Source: Dipteris shenzhenensis
Lineage: Eukaryota
DNA length: 64,000 nt
Direction: 5' to 3' (one strand)
NCBI GenBank assembly: GCA_047967505.1
Contig: CM106538.1
The notes under the pieces were generated by a model. That model did not search any database. It worked only from the letters and a program-made list of their open reading frames with translations, and was not told the DNA's origin. How positions within the stretch are numbered: the first letter of the stretch is position 1; every line of letters starts with the position of its first letter. Position numbers and translations under genes: made by a program. Below are positions 40,315 through 52,553 of the stretch, in pieces.

Positions 40315-41729
40315 TCATGAATTTTGAATTATCTCAATAATTCCATTTGGGATATCTCTACACATAATTCTCCTTTCCCTTCGCTCCAATACCTGTCAAC
40401 ATGTAGTGTAAATCAATGATTAGTTCAATAATAAATAAAAAACATTGAGTCACATCAACTCTTTGTTTACCTTCTTGTTATTCAGAATGAATGAGAATGT
40501 TTCTGTAACACTACCCTCTATCTCCACCTGAATGTCCTGGCATAATTGAGCGAGTGTGCAGTGTTATCTGAGTGATATAATTCCCAATAAATTGCCATTA
40601 TCGTTAATGGTGATATCCAATGCTTCATTCTCAGGGCCAAAAGAGTTCAAATCTTGATCCATTGGAACCAATTAGTTCCCAATCATTCTACTGCATTTAT
40701 AGTAAAATGTTCATATGAAATTTTGAGTGGCAATCATGTACTTCAGTTTAATGGAGTTGTGCACAACCTCACAGTATACTTGGTTGGATGATATCATGTC
40801 CCAACCATAATCTAAGAAGTTAGGAATTCTTTTAGCACCATTTGCAGAGAAAGAGAGCATCGTCTTGCAAAATCTTGATAGAAAATGTATTGAATAGATC
40901 TACAAAGACTGTTATTGGCATGCAAATAGTTATTTTGTTGATTCTACTAGCAATCCCTGGCCGTAAGGATCGTTGTACTTCTAAAAACAACCTGGCTCTA
41001 TATGACTCTGTTACAGCACCATGAGGAATTGGCCAATCAACGGTATTCCATGCTGGAAGAGCTATTTCTTCAACACACCATGGGTGTTGGCTTTAGCCAA
41101 TAGTTGGTAAAAATGATCATAGAAAAAGACTCATGACTAAGCTAGCTGTGCTGCCAATCTACCTTGATATTGCAACTCTCCTATGGACCCATGTAACACA
41201 TCCATGAATCCTAAAATGCATTTGGTAGGCTTCCATTGCTCATAAGATGAAGGATATATATCCGAAAATAAAAATAAAGACATTGAGGATTAGGAAATTC
41301 TCTGATTATGAAATAAAAAATTTCAATGAAGTCACTTACAATTTGGCCTGTGTTGTGGAAGATAAATTGGATAATTCTCTCGCAACACAAGCTCTCTATG
41401 CATGTACACATGTTGAACCAATATTTCCTTTATTGATTTCATCCCCTCCTTGGCTCTAAAACTTTCACCCTATTCTTCCAAGATGCCAAAAAGAGATTAC
41501 TTGAACGTGGCTTCTTCCTTTTGTTTGGTTGCATGAGCACCCAACTTCTTATTGAGACAGTCAGTCTTTACCAGGAGCCATCCAGTGTAACCATGTTGAC
41601 AACATTGATGGAAGATATAGAGGAAAGAGGTCGACGAGTGAGGGAGCTCACGTCTATAGATTCATCCTCAACAGTCTGATCAACACGACATTTGGCACAA
41701 GAAGGGTTTTGATTATCGATGCATGCCAT
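40315..41729 (-). pseudogene. Uncharacterised spliced gene with a predicted C-terminal ubiquitin-like (beta-grasp) domain
   Basis: Starts 'MACIDNQNPSCAKCRVDQTVEDES'. The middle reads 'HPWCVEEIALPAWNTVDWPIPHG...RLFLEVQR'. It ends 'ALDITINDNGNLLGIISLR*HCTLAQLCQDIQVEIEGSVTETFSFILNNKK|VLERRERRIMCRDIPNGIIEIIQNS*' across a GT-AG intron at ~40393-40470. Confidence 0.5.
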
Positions 41730-41834
41730 TGAGACTAGTATCCAAAAAGTATGAATGTAACAATGTCATTATAGGCAGCTACAACTATATACAAAATCCA
41801 ACACCTTGAAGAGGCACCTACAAAAGGAATTTTA

Positions 41835-42840
41835 GTTACCACTGTGTTGTAGCCATCTATCCACCACGTGGTGGACAATAGGTAGCTACCTATTCCATGG
41901 AGTAGCTACCACTGCGACATAGCTATCTATCCACCATGAGGTAGCTACCATGGTGACCACTACTCCTTAAGTTGTAGCTATCTATGCACCATGTGGAAGG
42001 TACCAGACGTCAAGTCATAGCTATGTATCCACCATGAGGTAGCTACCATTGTGTTGTAGCCATCTATCCACCATGTGGTGGACAACAGGTAGCTCCCTAT
42101 TCCATGGAGTAGCTACCACTATGACATAGCTATCTATTAACCATGTAGTACCTACCACCATGTGGTGGACAGTAGGTAGCTACCTATTCCATCGAGTAGC
42201 TATCAATGTGACATAGCTATCTATCCACCATGAGGTAGCTACCATGGTGATGACTACTCCTTAAGTTGTAGCTATCTATGCACCATGTGGAAGGTACCAG
42301 ACGTCAAGTCATAGCTAATGTATCCACCATGAGGTAGCTACCACTATGTTGTAGCCATCTATCCACCATGTGGTGGACAGCATGTAGCTCCCTATTCCAT
42401 GAAGTAGCTACCATTGTGTTATAGCTATGTATCCACCATGTAGTACCTACTATGGTGTTGTAGCCACCATGAGGTAGTTACCATGGTGACCATTACTCCT
42501 TAAGTCATACCTATCTATGCACCATGTGGAAGGTACTAGACGTCAAGTCATAGCTATGTATCCACCATGAGGTATACCACTGTGTTGTAGCCATCTATCC
42601 ACCATGTGGTGGATAGCAAGTAGCTACCTATTCCATGGTAGTAGCTATCCATTGTCATAGCTATGTATCCACCATGTAGAACCTACCATGGTGTTGTAGC
42701 TACCATGACGTATCTACCATGGTGACCACTACTCGTTAAGTTGTAACTATCTATGCACCATGTGGAAGTTACCAGACATCCAGTCACACCTATGTATCGA
42801 GCATGAGGTAGCTACCACAGTGTTGTAGCCATGTGGTGTG
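41835..42840. repeat. Higher-order satellite built from palindromic motifs (GTAGCTAC, CCACCATGTGGTGG, ACCATGGT); ~235-295-bp period
   Basis: The anchor 'accagacgtcaagtcatagctatgtatccaccatgaggta' recurs at ~42002, 42296, 42535 and 42771. Degenerate copies extend to ~43230. Confidence 0.9.
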
Positions 42841-43338
42841 TATTAGCTAGCAGTTGTGGGAGGGCCTGGTAGGTAGCATTTGGTGGGAAGGTATCCAATT
42901 CCTAGATCTTCGCTACTACCATACATTGTGTTGTAGTTGTCTATGCACCATGTGCTAGCGGTAGCTATGTTGTAGCTACCAATTTGTGTCTGGCAACAAC
43001 TGCCAGCAGCAGATTGCTAAGTACCTACCACCTAGTATGTGGAATTCAACATTTGTGGTATGGCCTGGTAAGGATCATTTGGTGGGAAGGTAGCGACCCT
43101 CTAGTGCCTAGCAGCTACTATAAAAATGGAAAGGCCTATTAGGTAGCACTTGCCGGGTGGATAATTAGATAGCTACAACTTTACGGGCATGCACCTTGCA
43201 CCTTATAGGTAGATAGGTACAACAGATAGAATTAGAGCATGTAGGATACAAAACACAAATTCAAGTTGGATGATTTGTGAACATATCCTGATGAAAGCTT
43301 TCGTACAATGCATCACAACTATTAAAGAGCACCAACGA

Positions 43339-44500
43339 CTATATCTTTGGTGTAATTATCTGGCTGCATTGTTTGTCCATACATTGGTCCAAGCTGGCAG
43401 CAAGGTGTGCAAAACAATACATGTGGTATGCATGCTTGCATGGAAGCAAGAACATGCCTAATGATTTGGCATCATACATCAACAACCCACAAGTTGTACA
43501 AATATAACATGAATGAGATGTGTAAGCATCAACAGATGGCACCTTAGCTGGTGGAACACTCAACAAAACAGGACTTTTGTTCCCCTGCATGTTTTTTACA
43601 AACTCCATCTGGGCTTCTGCACACAATACAGTCATGTCTTTTAGGTCGAAGTCTACTTGAGCCCTAGCCACAGCATCAATAGATTTTCTGTCCACCAAAG
43701 AACCCTCAAGTATCTCAATGGTCAATGTCAACTGCCCAATTTTTTGTTTCAGTTGGTCCATCTTGATTACATCAGTTGTCATAGCACTCTCCTCTGCTTG
43801 CAACTCTGCTTGCAAGGTAGCCTTAGTAGTCTCATAAAAGTATCTACTAGTGCTCTCACACCCTCATCATGATGCATATCCACCTTGTGTGCCTCAAGTG
43901 CCTTTGTCGCCTCTTTTCATTCTAATAGTGCTAAGGAATGCATTTTGGAAACTTGGACCAGCACACTATCCAAGTCTGCAAGAGGCAGGGCAACAAAAAT
44001 TTTCTTCTTCAACCTTTGGAAATTTGACGAGGTGGGTGTTTCCCCTACCTCAATTGGTATACCGTTCATTTGACAAGAGTTAGGAGGTTCCTCCACAGAG
44101 TGGAAAGATGCCCACTTCTGTAGCTTCAGCATTAGCTTTCTGGGTTCCATATTTGCAAAAATGCTCTTAGAGAAAGATGCCCAATCAACTGCCCCCTTTA
44201 GATGTTCAAACAGAAACCCCTTTGCAAATGCTTTTGTGACCTCCAAACCATAATTCCCAGGGGGTTCTTGGTACATAGACGAGAATTTTCCCCAAAAGTT
44301 TGGCCTCATGGTTTGGCACTTAACCTTGACACCTCTCTTGGGCACATCATCGAAACAGACCAACCAATCTTGCGCAGTGAAGTCATCCTCGCCAAGGAGT
44401 CATGCATCTTGGCCACTATCACAGAGGTTGTATACCTCATGTGCTTGGATTTTAGTCATGCAGAATACTTTTTTCCTCTCGAATGCCACGTATAGAGGAT
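43339..44500 (-). pseudogene. TE-associated gene: N-terminal 'FAKG...VDWASF' domain, coiled coil, C-terminal RING-like finger
   Basis: ORF 43917-44363 ('MYQEPPGNYGLEVTKAFAKGFLFEHLKGAVDWASF') is frameshifted to ORF 43339-43815, which ends 'CTTC...LLPCKHAYHMYC...CMDKQC', a C-x2-C...C-x-H-x2-H-x2-C...C-x4-C RING-H2-like pattern. Confidence 0.65.
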
Positions 44501-45749
44501 GCCACCGATTCATCTGCTCAAACACATAGTGGGAGAAGAAGGAATGCTATGAGAAGCATGCATTTTCTTTGAAAGGAAGATGCTATCATGCATGAAGAAA
44601 ATCGACGAACTTGCAACCCAAATTTAAAACCTCACTGGAGTCACTGGACTGTCAACCTCAGGCACTCTCGATGGTGTTTTTTTTCTTTTTGTTGTGCAGA
44701 GTAGAAGCTGATGCTGGACTATCAACCTTGGGCAACCTCGATGGTTTTCCTTTCTTTTTTTTCTCTGGTAGAGGAGAAGGTGACGGTGAAGCTGAAGATG
44801 AAGAGGGAGATGCTGCCTTCCATTTTCCTCTCCCTGCTTTCTTTGGAGCGGTAGAGTGGATGGGGGAGGAAACCTCCTTCCTGTGTGTGTTCATTCTGCC
44901 TTGGCTGTGTGTAGCTTCTGCTAGCCCCCACAATAGGACGTTTCGCAGGGAATAAGACTAAAACTGGCAACTAGCATTGAATCCAAGAGTAGTTTTCAAA
45001 TTAGTGTATCATGTTCAAATTAAGATGAACTACTAGTCACTAAGTGTGGTGGCAAGCCATCCTTGCAACCCCCACAAAAAGTGGTAGCTAGTGTACCACC
45101 TAATCATGCATACACCCGACTGTCTTGGAACCCCTTCCCCTTGTTTTGACTACCTTGGCTTCCACATCCCCCATTCCTCTGTCTCTTTCTCAAGCACCTC
45201 TGATCATACCATCTGTTTTTGTGTCTATTCCACCTCCCTTGATTGACCATGGCTATGAAGACCAACACAGGGATGATTCTCGAGCTCAGCAACCCCATCA
45301 AGGTGCTATTTAAGAGTTAGGCATAGCAAGGTCCCATCATTGAGACATCCACCACCAGCAAGCACCCAAGGCCAGGCATAGACCAAGAGGCGCCCTTGAA
45401 GCTCTCCAACTAGGGATGTTTTTATTGAAGCTATACTTATATATTAATATAAAATCTTGGCAAAAGTTTATGCAACTCAATTTTTAAGTTTCGCAATATT
45501 AATAGAGCATAGTATGCTTTTATATATTTTATTTAGAATTTTGAAGTGAAAGGTGTAAAATTTGGCAAAATTTTATACTTTTTTACTTAAAAGTTTCAAA
45601 TCCTGGCGAACATTTCAAACATTCATTTTTATTAGGGCATACAAACTTTCGACACCATTATAAAAGTTTCACTTCTTAATGAAACTAACATGAAAAAATC
45701 TTCCATGTCTCCAACACAATTCATCTAGCCATTCTAGTCGAGTTCTCAC

Positions 45750-48040
45750 ATTTGTCCCTGCCCTATAATGTTGAGGTGGCTCATCGCTGCACTCAGTACC
45801 TCACAGAGTACAAAGCGCCTTCACTAGGAGCTAGTTGTGGTAGTAGGAATAGAAGATGGCACGTCTGCACAAGGAGCTCACCACCAAGGTCTCCCAACTA
45901 TCATAGGAGATGGAAAGCCTCAAGCACACGTAGCAGTAGGCTAGAGAAGAGCATGTCTGCATGTTGGATAGCCTCCGCAAGCAACATGCAAACACAATAG
46001 CTTGAGCCCTCCTCTGGCCCTATGCAACTCTGCACCATGCCCAAAACCCCACTGAAGAGGCAATCCCCATGGATGTCAACATGCTGATAGAGCTCTATAC
46101 GCTCATCCTAGAAGAGCAGCAGGACCAACAATGGACACAATACATTGAGCACCTATAGCTCATCCTGGCACCAAGCTGCAAATAGATGGCAATTTTCAAC
46201 CATGATGAGTCAAAGCCAGATGGAGATGCAGTCAATGCTTCTACTCACCATTCATAGGGACATATTGAAATCACCAAGCTAGATTCACAACCTTCTGGCC
46301 AGGGTCAAGATACTATGCTTGCACTAGATGCTAGTAGCTAAAAGTAGGCAACCTTGTCCTCACAAAGGGAAAATCCCCCATGTCGATAGAGAATCCACGA
46401 ATAGATGCCGTCCTCCTACTCACTAGATTGGTTGAAAAGTAGAGTCTCCTTGACTTTGGCTCCTACAGAAGCACATATTGGCCCTCCACACAACTGGGAT
46501 GACACCAAGGACCAACTCAGGGAAGCCAAGCGCAGCATTTTAGTATTGATTGGGCAGAGCAGGAGCACAAGTTGAAGCAATAGATCAACATGCTCGAGCA
46601 AAGAAACAAGGTCCTACAAAAGGGGAGATAAAGACGAAGAGACAAGGAGACCCGCATCCTCCGAAAGAGACACTGGCTGATGAGCCACTTCTAGTTTGAC
46701 TAGTGAAACTAGCCCCCCCTTTTCCTCCACCACAGAAGAGAGCACAACAGCTTCCTTCCTCCAAGATGGTTATACAACAAGTATAAGAGGAACATAGCAG
46801 AATGGCAGCAATGGTCTACAAATTGCAAACAACCAACAATGACCTTTTGCTCAAGAAATAGCAGCTCTAGTAGAACCTTAGAACTGCTTAACAATAGTTA
46901 GTCTTCAACTGCCAGATTATTGATGATGCCTACATCAATATCCGGAGTTCCTGTGGTATGTGGTGCTCTCTAGATTTTTGTAGATACATGCATGTAATCG
47001 GGCCGCTCTACCTCAGCTATCGTTGCCACCTCCCCCATAGTGTGGAATCTACTAGCCATTCTTCCTCCATAATAGGGGCACCTCCCCCACTCAGGCAGTG
47101 ACCTGCTACACTGGCAGCCTAGCCGGCCAATAGTGATGAGTCAAAGATTCTCGTATGATACTTGGCCTTTCATACATTGCATGTAGGAGTTTCTCCAGCT
47201 ACAAGTATCTTTTGTAATGTTTGCCTTCTACAAATTTCAACCCATTCGTCTTTCATCTTTGGATGTCAGCCTGACTACTAGATAAGACCCTCCTCATTTG
47301 CATTGCCTACTTTCTAGATTGCTCAACATGCTCCTGAATGATGCAACAGAGCTCACCATCATATGCAGCCAAAGGCACCATCTTTTGATTGGGCTTACCA
47401 TGATATGTAGTCCAAAGGCGACATCGTCCAATCAGGCTTACCATGATTGGCTCAAAGGCGACATCTTTTGAGTCATTAGAAATCGTATATTAGCACCTTC
47501 TAAGTCATTATTTAAGCTCTCACCCTTGGCTATGCGATAAAATGATATTTTTCTATCAGTCTTTCTATTAATATAGAATTATCTCCCCTTCAAGGTATCT
47601 GACTTATCCTCAGGCCGTGTAGAGTTCTCAGTTTTTGCAAATGTTCCCTTGGGGATGCCAAAGTGTTAACTAGTTTGACCACCCTGATTGGGTAGGTGTT
47701 TCAATAATATGGCAAGTCTGATCGTCGGAGTCACACGACCCAAGACCCGCCTCTGACAAGCCTTTAAGGAATAATCAAAAGGGCGTCCTCTCCATGTTCA
47801 ATGTGCACAGTGGCATGTAACACTGCTCACACAGCCGTAGCCATTTATTCATATGGCAGTTAGTTCAAACCCCCATGGCACCTTACAATGACCATTGCCA
47901 ACAAGTAGGCTTTATAAGGGGTACCTTCCCCTCTTTGTAGGTTTTGGATACCAAACTTTTGAAATACAAGTGACTTTGCTCAGTTAGACCAATCAACTGA
48001 GTCGTACTACTTTGTGGGGAACTTTGAGTGCTATATTCCT
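45750..48040 (+). mobile_element. Possible decayed 3' portion of an LTR retrotransposon (coiled-coil ORF relic, short 3' repeats, LTR-like block from ~47663)
   Basis: Stop-ridden Q/E-rich frames at 46000-46900, repeated 'caaaggc(g/-)acatc..ggcttaccatgat' at 47370-47470, a G-rich tract followed by TGTTAAC at ~47663, and a TATA-like 'tttataagggg' at ~47911. No pol motifs seen. Confidence 0.3.
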
Positions 48041-48087
48041 CAGTTTTGTGTTCTAGCTTCTAATCTTGTTAGTGTATGTTTGGCCAT

Positions 48088-48472
48088 GTTTCTTTTAGTA
48101 CTTTATCATTGAGTTTGATTAAGCAACGTGCCTTAATCATGTACTATTAAATGCCCAACCACTTGCTTTGTTTCTCGGCTTGTGGTTGTGTTAGAGATAC
48201 AACCATTTAATGTAGCATAAAAATCCTGTTAACATTCATTGGTAGCTTTTGAAAAATGAATGTCGGTTCAAACATATTTCTTTTAGTACTTTATCATCAT
48301 GTTTGGTTAAGCATTGTGACTTGATCGTGTACTATTAAACATCCGACCACTTGCTTTGTTTCTTGGCTCATGGTTGTGTTAGAGAAACGTTGTATCAATA
48401 TAACCGATGAACGTAGCAGAAAAATCCCATTAACATTCATTAGTAGCTTTTGAAAAATGAATGTCATTCAAA
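48088..48472. repeat. ~190-bp diverged tandem duplication
   Basis: 'tttcttttagtactttatcat...gtagcttttgaaaaatgaatgtc' occurs twice. Confidence 0.9.
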
Positions 48473-50661
48473 ACTTAAAAAAAAACTAATCTATAAGAAT
48501 AATATAATTTGAAAAGGAAAGATATATTTATATGATAAGCTTATGACGTGGTTCCCAAATGTGGCATTCATTTCAAATTAGCTTAATATAATGACTTCTT
48601 GCACTTACATTTTCAAGAAAGCACCTCCAAACTAATAATTTAAGTCAATGTTACAACTTGTTTATAATGGTGAAAGATGTTTTAGGATTAGGAAGCACAC
48701 TTTGTATTTTATTTTCTTTATATCTCACATATAGAAGAAACACACTCATTATTTTGTAGAAGTATGCACCTTACATTCATATACAAGTGTTCATTTTACT
48801 TGTTCATTTAGTGGTTGTTGTGTTAATAATTACTATCCATATATATATATTCTCAACTAGTTGCTCATTTACTTGTAAAGATATGATTCCCCTACAAGGA
48901 GTGTTTTGATAACTAGTGTCCCTATACATCCTAGTCTATTGATATTTGAAAAAGTACACCACAGTACCTATTTGGACATTTATGCTCTCTACAATAGTGA
49001 TAAATTTAAAAAGGAAATTAAAATCGTTTCTAAGTTTGATGAGATTACTTGAATGACAAGTGGCTCCATTGTGATAGGATACATAAACAAAAAACGTATA
49101 TAAAAGGAATGATTCATAACAATGAAAGGAAATGTCAACAACCCAACGTACCCTGGGGAGACATGACAAGTCATATGATTCAATACTAGGAATCTAGAAA
49201 TAATTTGTTATTTGCATGCCAAAAGAAAATCGATTTAAATGATTCACTATGCTCAAATGTTACAAATTTTTTTGTAAACTTCTATGTTATAATCTTGTGA
49301 GGTGGGTATGGTATATTTTCACACCATTTATTACAACACCCTAGTATGAAATAGTGTTAGGGAATCTTGGCCATTCAATCTATGGTAAAGTACTATGCAA
49401 TGTTAGAGATATACTAATGCAGAGGTTGGATACCATTGAAATTGATTGGAGGACCTAGCATTCAATGTAAGGCCAAATGCAACGATGCACAAGTTGCATG
49501 AGCAACACCATTATTCAAGATTTAAAAATAAAGACATCCCACAAAACACATGCAAGCCAATCTTTGTGTTAAATTTAACATTGTAGAAATTTTATTGAGA
49601 AGAAATTACTTTTTCTAGTTTTCTTTACTTTAACCACGACTTATGGATATAAAGAGGGATGAGGGTTTGGGTGTGTCAAAGAGGAACAAGGCCTACATTA
49701 AAAAACCTAACATATACATGCTCAAGTGGTATGCTTCTGGATTAATAATTGGGTTGGATAATTTCCTACTAGACTCTAGATATTTGGAATTGCTATAAAC
49801 TGATGAGCATTTGTATTGATTTTACCTCATAGATAAGCGGCATTAGAAATACCCATCCTAATTAATGCACATCAAGGTGGATAATGCTAAGCTTATTATA
49901 ATCAAGTGTCATTGCTCTAGTAATAAACAAAATTGAGAATTGTTTTCTTATGTGCCTATGGGGGGTCACTTCAAACCATATACTCTTAGGGCCCATTAAC
50001 TTAAACAACTACGTATGTACATTTTTATGCTCTAAAGTCCAAATTATATCTTAAAATCTCTCTCTCATGTATGTATTCTAGGTCTACATGTCTTGACATG
50101 ACCTTGCCTTCCCCCAATGAGATTTGGTTACAGAAAACAATATCTTGTGCAATATAATTGCATCCAAGTTGAAAAGGATTACATCAATTTTGGCATCACT
50201 GTATCTATACATAAGTCCTCTATATAGAGGCAACCGATTAGATAAATTCACTTGAGACTAAAAGGTTATATGAGTAAACACTTCATGAAGTCCCCAAGAC
50301 TATGAAATTGTGTGGTGATGAAAGCATGGTAATCAAAAATCAATGGGATGTGATATCACGCCTTTTATTAAAGTGATAAAAAGAGTTTTTGGCCTGCATG
50401 TCCCCAAGATGTTGAAAAAATAGAAATTCCTATTAATTAGTTGTGGGGAAAAGAAGAGGGGTAAAAAGGAAGATGGCAAGGCCATGATTAAACTAAGGGA
50501 TAAAGGGGAGAGGTAAGGAGTTTCGATTAAAGAATAATGGAGGTGGGGACATTAAAGAAGGACCCACATGAGGTGAGATTTGGGAGAGGAGGAGGGACCA
50601 CTTATGAAACCTTAAAGAGGTGGATTATAATATTATAGTTATCTTTAGGGACGCTATACTA

Positions 50662-50725
50662 CTCTATAGCTTGGTGGTAGAGCTCATGTGTGTGAAATGA
50701 AAAATTATCGGTTCTAATCCCCTCT
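50662..50725 (+). other. tRNA-derived relic (SINE-head-like), not a functional tRNA
   Basis: A-box-like 'tagcttggtggtagagc' and B-box-like 'ggttctaatccc' at tRNA spacing, but poor stems. Confidence 0.45.
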
Positions 50726-52553
50726 TGAATTTTAAATATAATTTGCACCCCTCTTAGACATAAGCTTAAAACATTAGCCTATGCAAAAAATATATTAAAC
50801 CATGGACAAACATAGGTTAACTAGCCTCCATGGGCCAAAACAAATACGAATGCGAAGTTGGTTTTTTTTCCATCTTTTATAAATAGGAATAAAGTGATAA
50901 AAAGAGTTTTTGGCCTTATTTTTATGATGTGAGAAAACATTGATGTATAGCTTGGCATCTTTTAATGCTTATCCACAATAATATCTTATCAAAGAGAGTT
51001 ATATATCATTTTACTTCTTTTACAAGTGCGTCATTTGCGAATAGTACACCTTATAAGGTTGAAGAATCTTCTACTTCTTTCCTTGAACTAACACCATGTG
51101 AAGGTAATTCAACTTAAATGGTAAGCCTAGAATTAAATAATCTAAGTGGAAGCTAGTTGAAGAGCATTTGAATGCTTTCGAGACGTGTGAGGTGGATGAG
51201 GGGTTGACATATAGGAGATAAACAACAAGGCAAGGAGAAATAGCTCCTTTTGAAGCACGTTGTCGAAAGGTTTGAGATTAATATAATGGAAGTGAAGAGG
51301 ATTAAGTGAAGAGGATTGGGAAAGGGGTTTGTTTTTATATGGGGGGGGCATCTAGAGGGTGTTGACTAGGGGGAGATGATATGCAATTGTTTTAAACTAT
51401 CTATGATAGATTCCGGTGAGGTACATCAACGTTTGGAAAGAGAAGTGGGACAGATTGGTGATGCGAGATGTACTTGAGAGGAGTCCCAATGGTACTTGGA
51501 TGGCTACGGGTGGAAGGGTGCGGTGGGTTAATTTGGATGTTATAGGGAAGGTATATCTAGGGAAACAAACAAATGTATAAGTTATTAACTAAATGTACTG
51601 AGCACTCCATTTGCATGCGAAATTTTGGCGATTGACGATGGCTCACGCACCCACCCTCCATTTTATATATTCCTGGAGTCGTCTTCGTCTTCCCTCAACA
51701 CTCTTGCCAGTCGCCATAGCCTCCAGATCTCCATCTCCCTCACCTCCCACTTCGTTCTTCCTTTCCTCACTCCCTTCCACCTCCCTCTTACCTCCTCCTT
51801 CTGTACTTTTGCCTCCTCATGCAGTCAGTAATCAGTGGTCGGACTTCGACTCATGCCAGATCTGCTCCTTTACGCATGCATTGGGAACCAACTGCTGCAG
51901 CTACAGTGCCCCTCTGTTTCTGAACGAGCGTGCTTGCGGAGGGACGCATCAGAATTTTTCCGCAGCTTTCGACATCAGCTGCTTGTAATCCCTGCTTTCT
52001 AAGGGCTTCGATTCCCGCAACGAGAATTTGTTGCGGGTGCTGTCAGCAACATTAATTCATCTCATTTCAAGTAGGAAGTCTTCTATTCTGTGCTTCGGTT
52101 CGCAGCCTCGCATGTTTCCCTGCGCTGCAAGTTCTTGTCATAGTATGCTCCTGACATTTTTCACCATCATCAGTTGATGTGCAAAATTTTGCTTCCAAGA
52201 TGCCTGACAGATAGTGGGTTTACCTGATGTGCTATCACAGGAAGGCATCTTGTAGCGGTGAGAATATTCGTTTCTCGGAAGTGCTACATCCCCTGGCCCG
52301 GGGCGTTTCAGGATAACCAGAGCGTGGCTTCGTTTCGGGGCGCACGTTTGTAGATTCGACTTTTTCAAGTTTCTTTTCAAATGGCTATATAAAAGGAGTT
52401 TCCAAACCAATATATGGTAAGGGTGTAATGCTCTGAATCTATTTGCTTAATCCGCGAAACAAGAGCCATGGCATGAAATCCGAGACAATATTAAGGTGCC
52501 ATCGACGAATTTCCTAGCTCCAAATCAACCGCAGGAACCAAAAGACTCGAAGT

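Noticed and set aside
40315-41729. MULE/SWIM transposase
   Set aside because: Cys/His residues seen in alternative frames do not form a SWIM or DDE pattern in the best reading frame.
41835-42840. CRISPR-like array
   Set aside because: There is no constant repeat with unique spacers; the whole unit is repeated, the context is eukaryotic and there are no cas genes. The same applies to 53925-55330.
50662-50725. Functional tRNA gene
   Set aside because: The A/B boxes are present, but the acceptor and anticodon stems do not pair properly.
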